From the human T2T-CHM13v2.0 reference genome, Homo sapiens: 64,000 nt of DNA. The DNA is taken from the NCBI RefSeq assembly GCF_009914755.1, contig NC_060932.1; one strand, given 5' to 3'. Under the pieces are notes generated by a model. The model was not told the origin of the DNA and made no database searches. It worked only from the letters and a program-made list of their open reading frames with translations. Shown here piece after piece: positions 14,376-27,938 of the stretch (position 1 is the stretch's first letter; every line of letters begins with the position of its first letter). Made by a program: the position numbers and the translations under genes.

Positions 14376-14614
14376 TGATAATGAAACATTGAAGCATTCT
14401 TCAGTGATACCACCATGACAGGTTGGAAACTCATTCATCTGGGCTTATGAAAGCCAGTATTTTTCTTCAACCAGATACTTTTCCCCAACAGGAGACTCAG
14501 AATATCAATTAGAAGAAAAACCTCCAGTCACTTGTAGTGACAAGCTTTCTTTTTCAAGTTTGCAAATTCCTGTTCTCAAAACAAAAAACAAAAAAGAGGT
14601 GTATGCAAGGTATT

Positions 14615-14616
14615 TG

Positions 14617-14664
<48 letters not shown>

Positions 14665-14674
14665 CATATATATA
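14615..14674. repeat. Compound (TA)7(TG)13 microsatellite
   Basis: Direct reading. Confidence 0.95.
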
Positions 14675-16399
14675 GAGAGACTTATAAATCTTATTAAAAC
14701 AAGCTCTTGAAGTTGAAAAATTTTATGTTTTGTCAACAAACTGTAATGGTAGTCATATTACCTAAATTATTTTCAGTCCCCACTTTTCTGGTATTCTAAG
14801 CTTTCCTGGCAGAACCAAAAGAAGGGTGGAAATAAAGTCAGTGGGCTGGGGATGTGGGGAAAGGAGAGGTTTAAGAAGGAGATGCTTCCAAGCTAAAAGC
14901 ACAGAAAATGGAACATCGTTCCAGAAATGAGGCTCCATGCAGCTTTTGACAGTGGTTCAAAGCTGTCACGCTTCTTTAATTCCTATATGCGTCAGCAGAG
15001 AAAGGTTTCAGTATTCCCACCGAAACCAGAGATATTTTAGATTTCTGTGATCCACACCCTTGGAATCAAGGTATTAACATGTTCTGCTGGAGGCACTGAA
15101 AAGCTTAGCATCTCCCTTTCAAAAAGGAAGAGTTTCCTGTAAAACAAATGAAGTCAATCATAAGTGGAATGGGTCCAGGTTATTATGGGAGCTCACGTGG
15201 CTCAGGCAAGGCTGGGCTTAGAAAGAGTTTCTGCTTGTTTTTCACCTCACACCCTCCTTCCCTAATGAGTTCCTCATCATTGGCTTTGGGCGCTTCAGTG
15301 GCTGGGCAGATCATGTGGTGTGTTTCTAAGTGCTTCAGAGATTTAGCAAAACACTATGCCCTTGCCTAAGAGCCTCCACTCAGAGACAGGTGTATGACTC
15401 AGCTTTATCAAGTGCTCTGGGAAGCCAGTGATGATGGGTAATTGTTCTTTAATGCCAAGTTGAGGAGCTCTTGAAGCACTTAAATATTGTTAACCAATTA
15501 AGCTACATATAAACATTCGCCTTCCATGGCTAAAGGCCAAGTGGAAGCTAAGGTCATCAGAATAGAAGCAGATTCATTTGCTAAGATTCAGCTTCTGTCT
15601 ATTGTCAAAGCTCATCATTTTTGTTTAATTTGCATAAGATTTGCTTTCATTAAAGTCACCAGGATACTCCAGTAAATGAGAAATCAAATGAATGTTCCTA
15701 CAGGAACAATTCCTAACCAGGGCTTATACCCCTCTGGGGGGCCTTAACAAATCTGCTGTGCAGCTTTGGGGCATATGGCTCAAACTACTCTCATATCTGC
15801 TCCTAAAGAAGACTTGCTTCCCCGCCCCCATTTGACATAGTGAGCTCACTATTACCTTTAGAATTTCATAGTAGTAGTTTTCAAGTTTTAGAGGGAAGAA
15901 ACAATTTGGCCAACCACTGACCTTAAAATGTGAATTTTAATTTTTGCTTCTTACAATGAGAACCATTTTAACTTGGTGTAAACCAGGTTCTCATCCGTAG
16001 CTGCCCACAGGGTTCATTTCTGATATTTAAAAAATCCCAGAATCATCGTTCCTTACCTGAGGATTATACTTCATTAGGTTTGGAGTGAGTCTTTGAGATG
16101 TATCTATATCTAATTCAATATCTAATCATATATAATATAGATATCTATCTATAAGCATATAGATTAATGTGAATGAATTAATGCATCAATGTTTATTTGA
16201 TCAATAATCAAAATAAAATACGTCTTATTTTTCTTTGTAGTATCTTCTGCCTCTGGCACAAACACTGGCATGCAGTAAAAATTCAATACACATCTGTTAA
16301 ATTAACGAGTGACTTTATATCCTTCCTACAGGATATATTCTGAGGTTGCTTTTTCTTCTTTGGAGTCAGCTTTCTCTGGGTTCTGTCAGTATTCTTTTA

Positions 16400-16850
16400 T
16401 GTATCTAGACATTCTTTCAGTTTGTTGAATTTGCCATGTTCCCTCCCACCACAAGGATGTTATACTTATCTCTCTTCTCACCCTTCTATTTACACTTTAA
16501 ATTTCAGCTCAAAGACCACTTACCCTTAGGTGCCTTCATTGACATCTGCTGGGGAACCTATACCCCTCATGGACAACTTAAGTACATTCCTCATCATACC
16601 CTTTCTTGAGACCATTATTCTTTCACTCAAGATCCTCATAAGTTTGAAATTCTATAGTCAGAAATGTAAGTATTTGTTTAACATATCTCTTCATCTCCCC
16701 ACCATACATAAAGCACCATAAGGACAGGTACAGGGTGTATGTGTGCACATTCCCACTTGCACCACCAGAAATTTGTAATGCTTACACACAGGAAGTGCTC
16801 AAGAATTATTTGCATCCAAGAACTATTTGGATAATGAGTAAATGAGTGAG
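16400..16850 (+). mobile_element. L2 3' fragment
   Basis: TTTCAGCTCAAAGACCAC...GGAAGTGCTCAAGAATTATTTG...TGAGTAAATGAGTGA. Confidence 0.6.
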
Positions 16851-17159
16851 AGAGTCCCTTTTATCAGCATAAAGGCTGACAAGTACAGTTATCTAGCAGG
16901 TGCAGGGATTAAATAGCAAAACTATACTTCTTGTCAGAAAGACTTAGAACCAAAAGAATGGAAATTGGAGTAAGGAAAAAAAAAAGGTATCATTTTTGTG
17001 GCATTAATAGCACCCATTCACACTGTTTTATGAACCATATACTAGTAATGGTAAAAAGTTTGGGTTTGTAATTCATGTTCTCTTTTCATCCCTTCACTTT
17101 CAACTTTTAACTAATTGAAATATCTTGAATGCCAAACTGGGGAAGCAACTCTTCCTAAC

Positions 17160-17375
17160 ACACTTAAGAGAGCAGGTTCTGGAGAAAAGCGGCTTGGGTT
17201 GGACTCCCAGCTTGAACTCTATTTAGCATGAGAATGGGGAAAGACTTTCATCTCTCTGTGCCTCAGATTCCTCATTTACCAACTGGGGATGAGTTAACAG
17301 AACCAGATCCCTGGGATTGTGATGATAATTAAATACATTAATGTAAATGAAGTGCCTAGCCCACCGTTTGGCATG
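17160..17375 (+). mobile_element. MIR SINE
   Basis: CTCTCTGTGCCTCAGATTCCTCATTTA core. Confidence 0.8.
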
Positions 17376-17976
17376 CTACCTTTGCACTTTTTACTAGCAC
17401 TCAACTAAATGTCAACAGAAGAAAGTGGGAAAGATCTAAAATAAACACCCTAACATCACAATTAAAAGAACTAGAGAAACAAGAGCAAACAAACTCAAAA
17501 GCTAGCAGAAGACAAGAAATAACTAAGATCAGAGCAGAACTGAAGGAGATAGAGATACGAAAACCCCCTCAGAAAATCAACGAATCCAGGAGCTGGCTAT
17601 TTGAAAAGATTAAAAAAATAGATAGACCATTAGCCAGACTCATAAAGAAGAAAAGAGAGAAGAATCAATAGACACAATAAAAAATGATAAAGGGGATATC
17701 ACCACTGATCCCACAGAAATACAAACTACCGTCTGAGAATACTATAAACACCTCTATGCAAATAAACAAGAAAATCTAGAAGAAATGAATAAATTCCTGG
17801 ACACATACACTCTCCCAAGACTAAACCAGGAAGAAGTTGAGTCCCTGAATAGACCAATAACAAGTTCTGAAATTGAGGCAGTAATTAATTAGCTACCAAT
17901 CAAAAAAAGCCCAGCACCAGACGGATTCACAGCCAAATTCTACCAGAGGTACAAAGAGGAGCTGGTACCATTCCTT

Positions 17977-19275
17977 ATGAAAACTTTCCAAACAATAGAA
18001 AAAGGGAGACTCCTCCCTAACTCATTTTATGAGACCAGCATCATCCTGATAGCAAAGCCTGGCAGAGACACAACAAAAAAAGAGAATTTTAGCTCAATAT
18101 CCCTGACGAACATTGACGCGAAAATCCTCAATAAAATACTGGCAAACCGAATCCAGCAGCACATCAAAAAGCTTATCCACCACAGTCAAGTTGCCTTCAT
18201 CCCTGGGATGCAAGGCTGGTTCAACATATGCCAATCAATAAATGTAATCCATTACATAAACAGAACCAATGACAAAAACCATATGATTATCTCAATAGAT
18301 GCAGAAAAGGCCTTTGACAAAGTTCAACAGCCTTTCATGCTAAAAACTCTCAAAAAACTAGGTATCAATGGAATGTATCTCAAAATAATAAGAGCTATTT
18401 ATGACAAACCCGCAGCCAGTATCATACAGAATGAGCAAAAGCTGGAAGCATTCCCTTTGAAAACCGGCACAGGACAAGGATGCCCTCTCTCACCATTCCT
18501 ATTCAACATAGTATTGGAAGTTCTGACCAGGGAAATCAGGCAAGGGAAAGAAATAAGGCGTATTCAAATCAGAAGAGAGGAAGTCAAATTGTCTCTATTT
18601 GCAGATGACATGACTGTATATTTAGAAAACCCCATCATCTCAGCTCAAAATCTCCTTAAGCTAATATGCAACTTCAGCAAATTCTCAGGGTACAAAACCA
18701 ATGTGCAAAAATCACAAGCATTCCTATACACCAATAATAGACAAACAAAGAGCCAAATCTTGAGTGAACTCCCATTCACAATTACTACAAAGAGAATAAA
18801 ATACCTAGGAATACAACTTACAAGGAAAGTGAAAGACCTCTTCAAGGAGAACTACAAACCACTGCTCAAGGAAATAAGAGAGGACACAAACAAATGGAAA
18901 AACATTCCATGCTCATGGATAGGAAGAATCAGTATTGTCAAAATGGCCGTACTCCCCAAAGTAATTTACAGATTCAATGCTATCCCCGTCAAGTTACCAC
19001 TGACGTTCTTCACGGAATTCGAAAAAACTACTTTAAATTTCATATGGAACCAAAAAAGAACCCATATAGCCAAGACAATCCTAAGCAAAAAGAACAAACC
19101 TGGAGGCATCACGCTACCTGACTTCAAACTATACTACAAGGCTACAGTCACCAAAACAACATGGTACTGGAACCACAACAGATATATAAACCAGTGGAAT
19201 AGAACAGAGGCCTCAGAAATAACACCACACATCTACAACCATCTGATCTTTGATAAACCTGACAAAAATAAGTAA
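17977..19275 (+). pseudogene. L1 ORF2p fragment, 432 aa open frame covering the reverse transcriptase core
   Basis: [27 protein letters not shown] and KYLGI RT motifs; no endonuclease domain or promoter. Confidence 0.9.
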
Positions 19276-19278
19276 TGA

Positions 19279-19434
<156 letters not shown>

Positions 19435-19717
19435 TAAAACCTAGGCAATACCATTCAGGACATAGGCATGGGCAAAGATTTCATGACTGAAACACCAAAA
19501 GCAATGGCAACAAAAGTCAAAATTGACAAATGGGATCTAATTAAACTAAAGAGCTTCTGCACAGCAGAAGAAACTATCATCAGAGTGAACAGGCAACCTA
19601 CAGAATGGGAGAAAATTTTTGCAATTTATCCATCTGACAAAAGGCTAATATCCAGAATCTACCAGGAACTTAAAAAATTTACAAGAAAAAAAAAAAAAAC
19701 TCCATCCAAAAGTGGGC

Positions 19718-20811
19718 CACTGTGGGAATTTACGGACCCCGAACAGAGGGACTGGCTGGAGCCATGGCAGAGGAACATAAATTGTGAAGATTTCATTTTA
19801 ATATGGACATTTATCCATTCCCAAATAATACTTTTGTAATTTCTTATGCCTGTCTTTACTTTAATCTCTTAATCCTGTTACCTTCATAAGCTGAGGATGT
19901 ACATCACCTCAGGACCACTGTGATAATTGTGTTAACTGTATAAATTGATTGTAAAAAGTGTGTGTTTGAATGACATGAAATCAGTGCACCTTGAAAAAGA
20001 ACAGAATAACAGTGATTTTTAGGGAACAAGGGAAGACAACCATAAGGTCTGATTGTCTGCAGGGTTGGGCCAAAAAAGCCATATTTTCCTTCTTGCAGAG
20101 AGCCTATAAACAGATGTGCAAGTAGGAGAGATATCACTAAATTCTTTTCCTAGCAAGGAACATTAATATTAATACCCTGGGAAAGGAATGCATTCCTGAG
20201 GGGAGGTCTATAAAAGGTCGCTCTGGGAATGTCTGTCTTGTGCAGTTGAGATAAGGACTGAGATATGCCCTGGTATCCTGCAGTACCCTCAGGCTTACTA
20301 GGGTGGGGAAAAACTCCACCCTGGTAAATTTGTGGTCAGACCAGTTCTCTGCTCTTGAACCCTGTTTTCTGTTGTTTAAGATGTTTATCAAGAGAATACA
20401 TGTACCGCTGAACATAGACCCTTATCAATGGTTCAGTTTTTGCCCTTTGCCTTGTGATCTTTGTTGGACCCTTATCAGTAGTTCTGCTTTTGCCCTTTGT
20501 CCTGTTCCCTCAGAAGCATGTGATCTTTGTTAGATCCTTACTAGTTGTTCTGCTTTTTGCCCTTTGAAGCATGTGATCTTCGTACTTACTCCCTGTTCTT
20601 ACAACCCCTCCCCTTTTGAAATCCTTAATAAAAACTTGCTGGTTTGAGGCTCAGGTGGGCATCATGGTCCTAACAATATGTGATGTCACCCCCCAGTGGC
20701 CCAGCTGTAAAATTCCTCTTTGTACTGTCTCTCTTTATTTCTCAGCTGGCCAACACTTATGGAAAATAGAAAGAACCTACATTGAAATATTGGGGGCGGA
20801 TTCCCCCAATA
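19718..20811 (+). mobile_element. MER11A solo LTR (HERV-K HML-8)
   Basis: GGACCCCGAACAGAGGGACTGGCTGGAGCCATGGCAGAGGAACATAAATTGTGAAGATTTC start and GGGGGCGGATTCCCCCAATA end; 6-bp TSD GTGGGC (19712-19717) / GTAGGC (20812-20817). Confidence 0.93.
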
Positions 20812-22149
20812 GTAGGCGAAGGATATGAACAGACACTTCTCAAAAGAAGACATTTATATGGCCAACAAACATATGGAAAAAAGCTCATCCTCACTGGTCA
20901 TTAGAGAAATGCAAATCAAAACCACAATGAGATACCATCTCACACCAGTTAGAATGGCGATCATTAAAATGTCAGGAAACAACAGATGCTGGAGATGATG
21001 TGGAGAAATAGGAATGCTTTCACACTGTTGATGGGAGTGTAAATTAGTTCAACCTTTGTGGAAGACAGTGTGGTGATTTCTCAAGGATCTAGAATCAGAA
21101 ATACCATTTGATCCAGCAATCCCATTACTGGGTATATACCCAAAGGATTATAAATCATTCTACTATAAAGACACATGCTACATATGTTTATTGCAGCACT
21201 GTTTACAATAGCAAAGACTTGGAACCAACCCAAATGCCCATCACTGATAGACTGGATAAAGAAAATGTGGCACATATACACCATGGAATACTATGCAGCC
21301 GTAAAAAAGGATGAGTTCATGTCTTTTTCAAGGACATGGATGAAGCTGGAAACCATCATTCCCAGCAAACTAACACAGGAACAAAAAACCAAACACCACA
21401 TGTTCTCACTCATAAGTGGGTGTTGAACAATGAGAACACATGGACACAGGGAGGAGAATATCACACACCGGGACCTGTCAGGGTGTGGGGGGCTAGGGGA
21501 GGGGTAGCATTAGGAGAAATACCTAATGTAGATGAAGGGTTGATGGGTGCAGCAAACCACCATCTCATGTGTATACATGTGGAACAAACCTGCATGTTCT
21601 GCACATGTATCCCAGAACTTAATAATAAAAAGAAAACAAAATAGTGAAAAGGAAAACATAGAAACTAGTATGTATTGAACACCTACTACATGCCAAGAAC
21701 TACCAAACATAATTCAGGCCAAATTAATCCTCATTTAATCTTCACAACGTCCTCAAACATGGTTAAAACTTAACTGCAAGAATATTGTATACCTTGCAAA
21801 TTTTCACAAAGAGAACTCTGGTATTTAATTCTCCTACTTCGTGAACATTGGTTCTTTAACGGGCAGAAATAGATTATATCTTGCTGAAACTATTTCTTAG
21901 AAAATTTATGATTAAAGGAAATTCTTTGCAATCTATCAAAACAATATTTGTATCCATGGAAACTTTCATCTCTTGGAGGGGGATGGCCATCATTCAGATT
22001 TCCCCATGTAGGACCTCAAAGAATATTGAGCTTAAATCATTTCTGTAGAAAAGAAAGAGCCCAAAACAGCACTGGGACCTTAAACCGGTTTTTAAACTTC
22101 TCTGAACTTCAACATTCTCCTTTTAAAAATAGGGATGATAAATGGGGTT

Positions 22150-22545
22150 CACTTGACTAGCATCTCTCCATTCTACTACCCACCCCAGCTCCCAGTAATT
22201 ATCATTTTACTCTCTGCTTCTATAAATTTGACTTTTTAGATTTCAAGTGTAAGAACATGCAATATTTGTCTTTCTGTGCCTGGCTTATTTTGCTTAGCAT
22301 CATCCATGCTATTGCAAAATGACAGGATTTCCTTCTTTGTGTAATGTCAAATACTATTATACATATATGTCACATTTTCTTTGTCCATTATCTCTTGATG
22401 GACACTTAGGTTGATTCCATATCTTGGCTATTGTGAGTAATGCTGCAGTTAACACAGGACATCAAAATGTCATATTGTGTAACATAAGTGTATACATTTT
22501 TAATTTGTCAATTAAACCTTAATAAATCTGGGGAGAAAATTATAA
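22150..22545. mobile_element. L1MA 3'UTR fragment: inverted segment followed by forward terminus
   Basis: Antisense L1 3'UTR to ~22460, then sense terminus TTTGTCAATTAAACCTTAATAAATCTGGGG. Confidence 0.7.
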
Positions 22546-22839
22546 TTTTAAAGAGTATAATGCCAATCTTACCTGCCAGATAATGTTGTAGTAAGAATTA
22601 AATTAGTGCCATTCAAACCATGGTCTTTCCACAGATCACCATCTACCCCTATAACCACCAGCCCCAACCCAGGCTCACTGAATTGGAATTTCTGAAGGTG
22701 AGGCTAGAAATCTGTTTTTAAAATATCCTCCTATTCATCTTTTTGCATGCTGAAGTATGAGAAAAACTGAATTGAATGATGCAATGAATAAAAAATTACT
22801 TTGTGAACTGGAAAACATTTTTACAAATGTAAATGTGTT

Positions 22840-22960
22840 GTCTCCCACACTACTCTTTCTCTTTCTCCTTCTACCTCCTCTTCTTTCCTCCTCTTTTCTA
22901 TCCACTCTCTATCTCCTCTACTCCCACTGTCTCCTATCCATTTTGCCTCCTCTCCCCACC
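22840..22960. repeat. CT-rich low-complexity polypyrimidine tract
   Basis: Direct reading. Confidence 0.8.
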
Positions 22961-23729
22961 AAGCTGAAAATCTTTTGTCTATAAAGGGCTTGTACCCTTT
23001 CCAATCTTCAGGGTTCTGTAAACAATAAATATTCATATAACACTTGATGTATGAATGCATGGGCAAATGAACAAATTACAGAAGGTGTCCAATGATGTCA
23101 ACATTATTTTCTTTTTACATATTACATCTTATTCCATCTACATATTTTTTCCCTAAAAACTCAAATGTCTTCACGTGTGCTAGTTCATGCACCTTTGCCT
23201 TCAGAAAATCTTTCTGAATCATAAAGAGGCAGAAATCCCACCCCTATTCCCTAAATCCCAAACCTAGACAGATAGGGAAATAGAAATTGGGAGAATTTTG
23301 GTGCTTGGATCAAAACATTCAAGGAGGACAAACCGGGGTCTGATATTTAGATTTCCCAACCTCTGACTGCTGTCCTTTATAGTCACAGTCTTTGGATTTA
23401 GAAGGCAAGATCATCTCTGGCTGCCCTCTCCCCAGCAGTGGAGTCTAGGAAAGGATATGTAATTGATCTATACCTCTGTGTGCTTTGAGACTTAAATTAG
23501 AGAACATTTGAAAAAGGCCTGAAGCATAGTAAGTGCTTGGTAAATGTTACATCTCTTTCCTCATGTTCTTTTGGGCTGGTTCTTGCAAATGTTATCAACA
23601 AAATGTACTTGGCTGTCTTCACTAGAAATATCTTTATTGAGAGCAACAGAGTGCAGTCTTGCTCTTTGATCTGCGTTCCTTCAACAACTGGGTGAAGGGC
23701 TAAAGCTAAAAATGAGAAATGGAACCAGG

Positions 23730-23915
23730 CCAGTGTTCTCAACATGTGTTCCTTGCACTACCTGAATCAGAATCCCTGGATATTTGCTAAAGATGCAGAC
23801 TCCTGAGCTCTACCCGCAAACTCCCCAGAGTTCCAGGATATGTATTCTAGAAATCTGTATTTTTAGCAAGCACTTCAGGTGAGCCTTATATTCTCTTAAG
23901 TTTGAGAATCATTGC
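23730..23915. mobile_element. MER5-family MITE
   Basis: CAGTGTTCTCAAC...AAGTTTGAGAATCATTG termini. Confidence 0.75.
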
Positions 23916-26900
23916 TTTAGTTCATTACATGTAAGTCTTAACTGTACATGAGAAAGAGCTGGGAAACTCCTAAAAAATACTGAAGCCCAGATTTCTCCCC
24001 AGAAAAAAATAAGTAAGAATATCTGTGCTGGAGGAGTGGGTGAGCATTGGATAAAAGTTAGGGTGGATGGGAAGTGAAGAGAAGAACAGCAACCAGCTAA
24101 ACCTATTTTTTCTTCTAATACATCCATTCACATTTAAACTTGTCTACTGTGGGAGGAGAAAAAATAAGACAAGAAATTATATGAATAGGTTTTATTGAAC
24201 TTTATTTTTTCTAAATCAAGAGCATGACATGAGCCATCAGTAGCATTTTAGAAAGAAGACATTTTCTGTCTTTCTGTATAGGATTCACTGAAGCTGTAAA
24301 ACCAAGATGAAGGCAAGGTTAAGATTCTTCTGTAAGCTACCTTCTAGCAAAGATGCTGTTCAGATGACCAATGTGCACTGCTGCACTGAGGAGCCCCTAC
24401 CTAGCATTTCAACAGCCTCCACTTTTAATTATTATACTAACATTTTGTCAACTGTCAAATGCTTGGAAATCATTTAATATCTTCCCATTTCTATGCAACA
24501 CAGTTATTGATATTCATGAAGTGAATTCCTTCAGCAGTGTCTAGACTAAATGTCAATAGGGTCTGCTGAGGGAAATACTTTTCACAGAGGGAGGGTATTA
24601 ATAATGGAATTTAGAAATTATTTTTAATTTGCTTTAATAAAGGATTAGATGAAACAAGACTACTGTGCCCCGTTAATATTCTGCATAAATAAATGTAACC
24701 TGGCTAAATCATTTTGAATGTCAAAGATGAGAAATGATCAACTTAACCTAATTCACTTTTAGCGGATATCATCTCCATAATTTTGCAGGCCGAAGTCTAG
24801 TCATCTATGTTATGCTAGAGTTATTTGCTTGTGTCCTATGTGGGACAGTGACCTTTTGGAGGCAACCTCCAACTTTTGGAAATCTGATTCATGAAAAAGA
24901 TTACAACGTGGGTTTTTCAAACATGCTTGGCAATAACTTGCTTCTCAAAACAAAGCAACAACAACAAAAACAACCTGGGAATTCCCCTCCAAAAATAGTC
25001 CAAGCTTCAAAGTGTGAAGAAAGGAGGAAGAACTGCTGCTCCCCAAAAGATCTTACAAAACTCTTGCCATCACTGGGTTTGTAGCAGATCCTCTGCCAAA
25101 TCTCTCCTGCACTTTACCACACTCATCTCCCCCAACAACCCCCGCAAGGAGATCCAGTTATTGTCCCTATTTGTTATTGTTGCTTTGTTAAAACTTCTGG
25201 TTCAGAGAGTTGAGTTAATCACACTCCTCAGTATATGACCTATTTTATTATTTTCCTGTACGAGGCCCCTGTTATGTAATGAATTTATCCCTTTTTTTCC
25301 CTCCACACCCCATTCCCATTCCCTCCTCTATCCCATGGATAACCATTCCATGGTATTGTGTGTGTATTTTATTTGAATGTGTTCTTATATAATGGGTAAT
25401 ATGTGAATGATAATGTGTTATAGCTGTTTCTTACTCTTACTTTTTCATGAAGAACTATGTTTTTAAGATCCGTTGATATTCCTCTGTGTACCTCTAATGC
25501 ACTGTGATTATCCGTTAATCTGACTTTACAGATGAGGGAATTGAGGCCTAGAAAGTAAATTGCCTGGCACAGCATCACATAGTTATTAAGTTGTAAAGCT
25601 GGTCTCCAGCTCACTTTTACTCCAAAGTTAGTACTCTTGACTACTCCACTATATGGCTTCCCTTTAAAAACATTATGTTTGGTTTTCATAACAACCGTGT
25701 GAGGCTAAATAACTTATCTAAGGTCACTCAGCTAGTTAGTGGCAGAGCTTGGATGACAACTCAGGCCTGCCTGACCCTTGATCCTGTGGGCTTCTCATTT
25801 TATGATCCAATGACCTGCCATTGCTAAGGTCTTCTAAGTTAGATCACTCTTCCAACTCCTTTCTCTATTAGTAGGCTGGAATACTACTCTGTTTAGTAGG
25901 CTGGAATATGAGGAGGGTACCTTTCCTTTCCAAACAGCAAAATGTGGGGCATACGGAGTCTTGTGGAGAGGCCTGATGTGTGTGTCAGTTCAAATATCAT
26001 CGTGGACAGTGCTGTGGGGATTAAATTCATCTGGACCCACAGGGCCAAGGAAGGCTATGTGGGCAATCTGTCCTCTCAAGGTGGATTTCTGCCAAGGTCT
26101 CATGCTGGAATAATGACAGAGCTACTACATTCTTTCTCTAAGGCTGACATGATGCAATAGGTCTGCTGACAGGAGGTTTTTCTTTCTCTAGTTGCCCTTG
26201 GACACTTCACGGCTATGTCTACTGGGGTTATGTAAAACTCCTTGTGTGCCTTGGCAGGTGGCCCTGGGAACTCAACTGCGTTATCCTTGTAGTAAGCACT
26301 CAAGCAGGGTGAAATGAAGAGTCAATTCTGCTGAATAACTTCTGAAGCTTTTAGGTCAATCTACTTGGAGTCTAGTCTTGTGAACTAAGCTTATTGTGCC
26401 TCAATTAAACTAAAGATGTAAAAAGTGTATGTATATGTTTGTAAGACACTAGATTTCACCATTTTGCATTTGGACAACCAGTTTGGATGAGCACATTTCC
26501 TGATATGCAAAGGAGAGAGAAGACAGAAGTTTTCAAAATATTGAATAGAGTTTTAAATAATTGTAATATAAACTTGAGAAGTTGGCTTGTGTGGAAAAAA
26601 AGAATCAGGACGAACTTTAGAGTAAAACGAAGTACAAATACCAAGCTGACTTCTTTCCAACATGACCTTGGGCAATTTACTTAACCTTGACTTATTTTCT
26701 CAAACATGAACTGAAGACAATGACATCCATTTCACAACTGTATTATGAAATAATATGAAAAAAATGCATATAAAATGCCTGGCACATTATGAGACATGAT
26801 TGAATGTTAGGTCACCATCAGAAAGAAGAGACTGGCAAATATTTTAGTATCTCAGCTGATTTTAAAGATCTTTTCTAGTTGAAGTTAAATTATAGATTTT

Positions 26901-27784
26901 TTTTTCTTTGCCCTTTCAGTTCATTTGGTAGAGGACAGCTTAGCTGGGCCTTGAAGCACTTGGAAGGTCATTCTGTGCATGAATGTTTTTTGGCATTTAT
27001 TTCTGCCTTCTATATTTTATTTTATCCACTGCCAAGGGGGCATTTTGATTGGCACGGGAGCCAAGTGAAACAAAACACTCCCTCCGAGGGACATACACTA
27101 AGCAGCTCTATGAGAACCACCTCCTTTCTGTCATATAAGGGCTGACTTTCTTCCTCTTCACTTTGTTTCTGAGAGATTTTTGATGTTTTCCTGGCCCTGT
27201 CAATTTTATTCCCGGCTTGCCTTATTCACCAACACCACAAGACACTATCAGCTCAGACCCAGAAACAGGATGCCAACATTGCAGAATCCATTTAGACATG
27301 GTAACGTCTAGTCTGAGGCTTACAGGGGACTGTGACTAAATTTATTTTAAAGCTTAAATGGAGGGAAAGGTTTCTCTGCCTGTCTGACACTTGGTTTCAT
27401 TACTCAGCCTCTTTCCTAGTGATAGAGATTTTGTTCACTGTCCCTTGAAAGATATCAATCACCTGAGCTCACCTGTTCCCAGTAGCTGTACTTTTGATCA
27501 GTGGCTCCAGAATGAATCATCTGAAAATTTCTGCTGCATTAAGCAGAGCCCCTTTCAAGTAGCCCAGGGATGAAATGCATTATTCAATAAGTTCTGTTCT
27601 CTCCAGTGCCCAAAGAAATTTGGGAGATGCAGTGACTCTGCTTTAGAAGAGAATTGAGATGATCATGTGTTCATAGGAAGTGTGCATTACATTTTGAACT
27701 GAAAACTCCCCAGAAAGGAAACATGTAATAAACAGCAAGGCGACTTAGAATGAGGTTCGGAGGAGGTGAACCTTCAGTCCTAAA

Positions 27785-27938
27785 CCACTGTTCTTTCAAC
27801 ATGTAGCAACCCATGGTTACCTGGGGAGATTGTTCCAAATGCAGGTTCCCTGCCATCCCTAGAGGATTCTGATTTTTGTATTCAGAAATCTGGAATTTGC
27901 AGGTGACCTTAATGGACATCGACCCTGAGAATTACCAG
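27785..27938. mobile_element. MER5-family MITE
   Basis: AATGCAGGTTCCCTGCCATCCCTAGAGGATTCTGATT...TGAGAATTACCAG. Confidence 0.6.

Noticed and set aside
989-16721. Short 60-100 aa ORFs here and throughout the window
   Set aside because: Chance-length ORFs, many with non-ATG starts or inside repeats; no recognisable domains or exon structure
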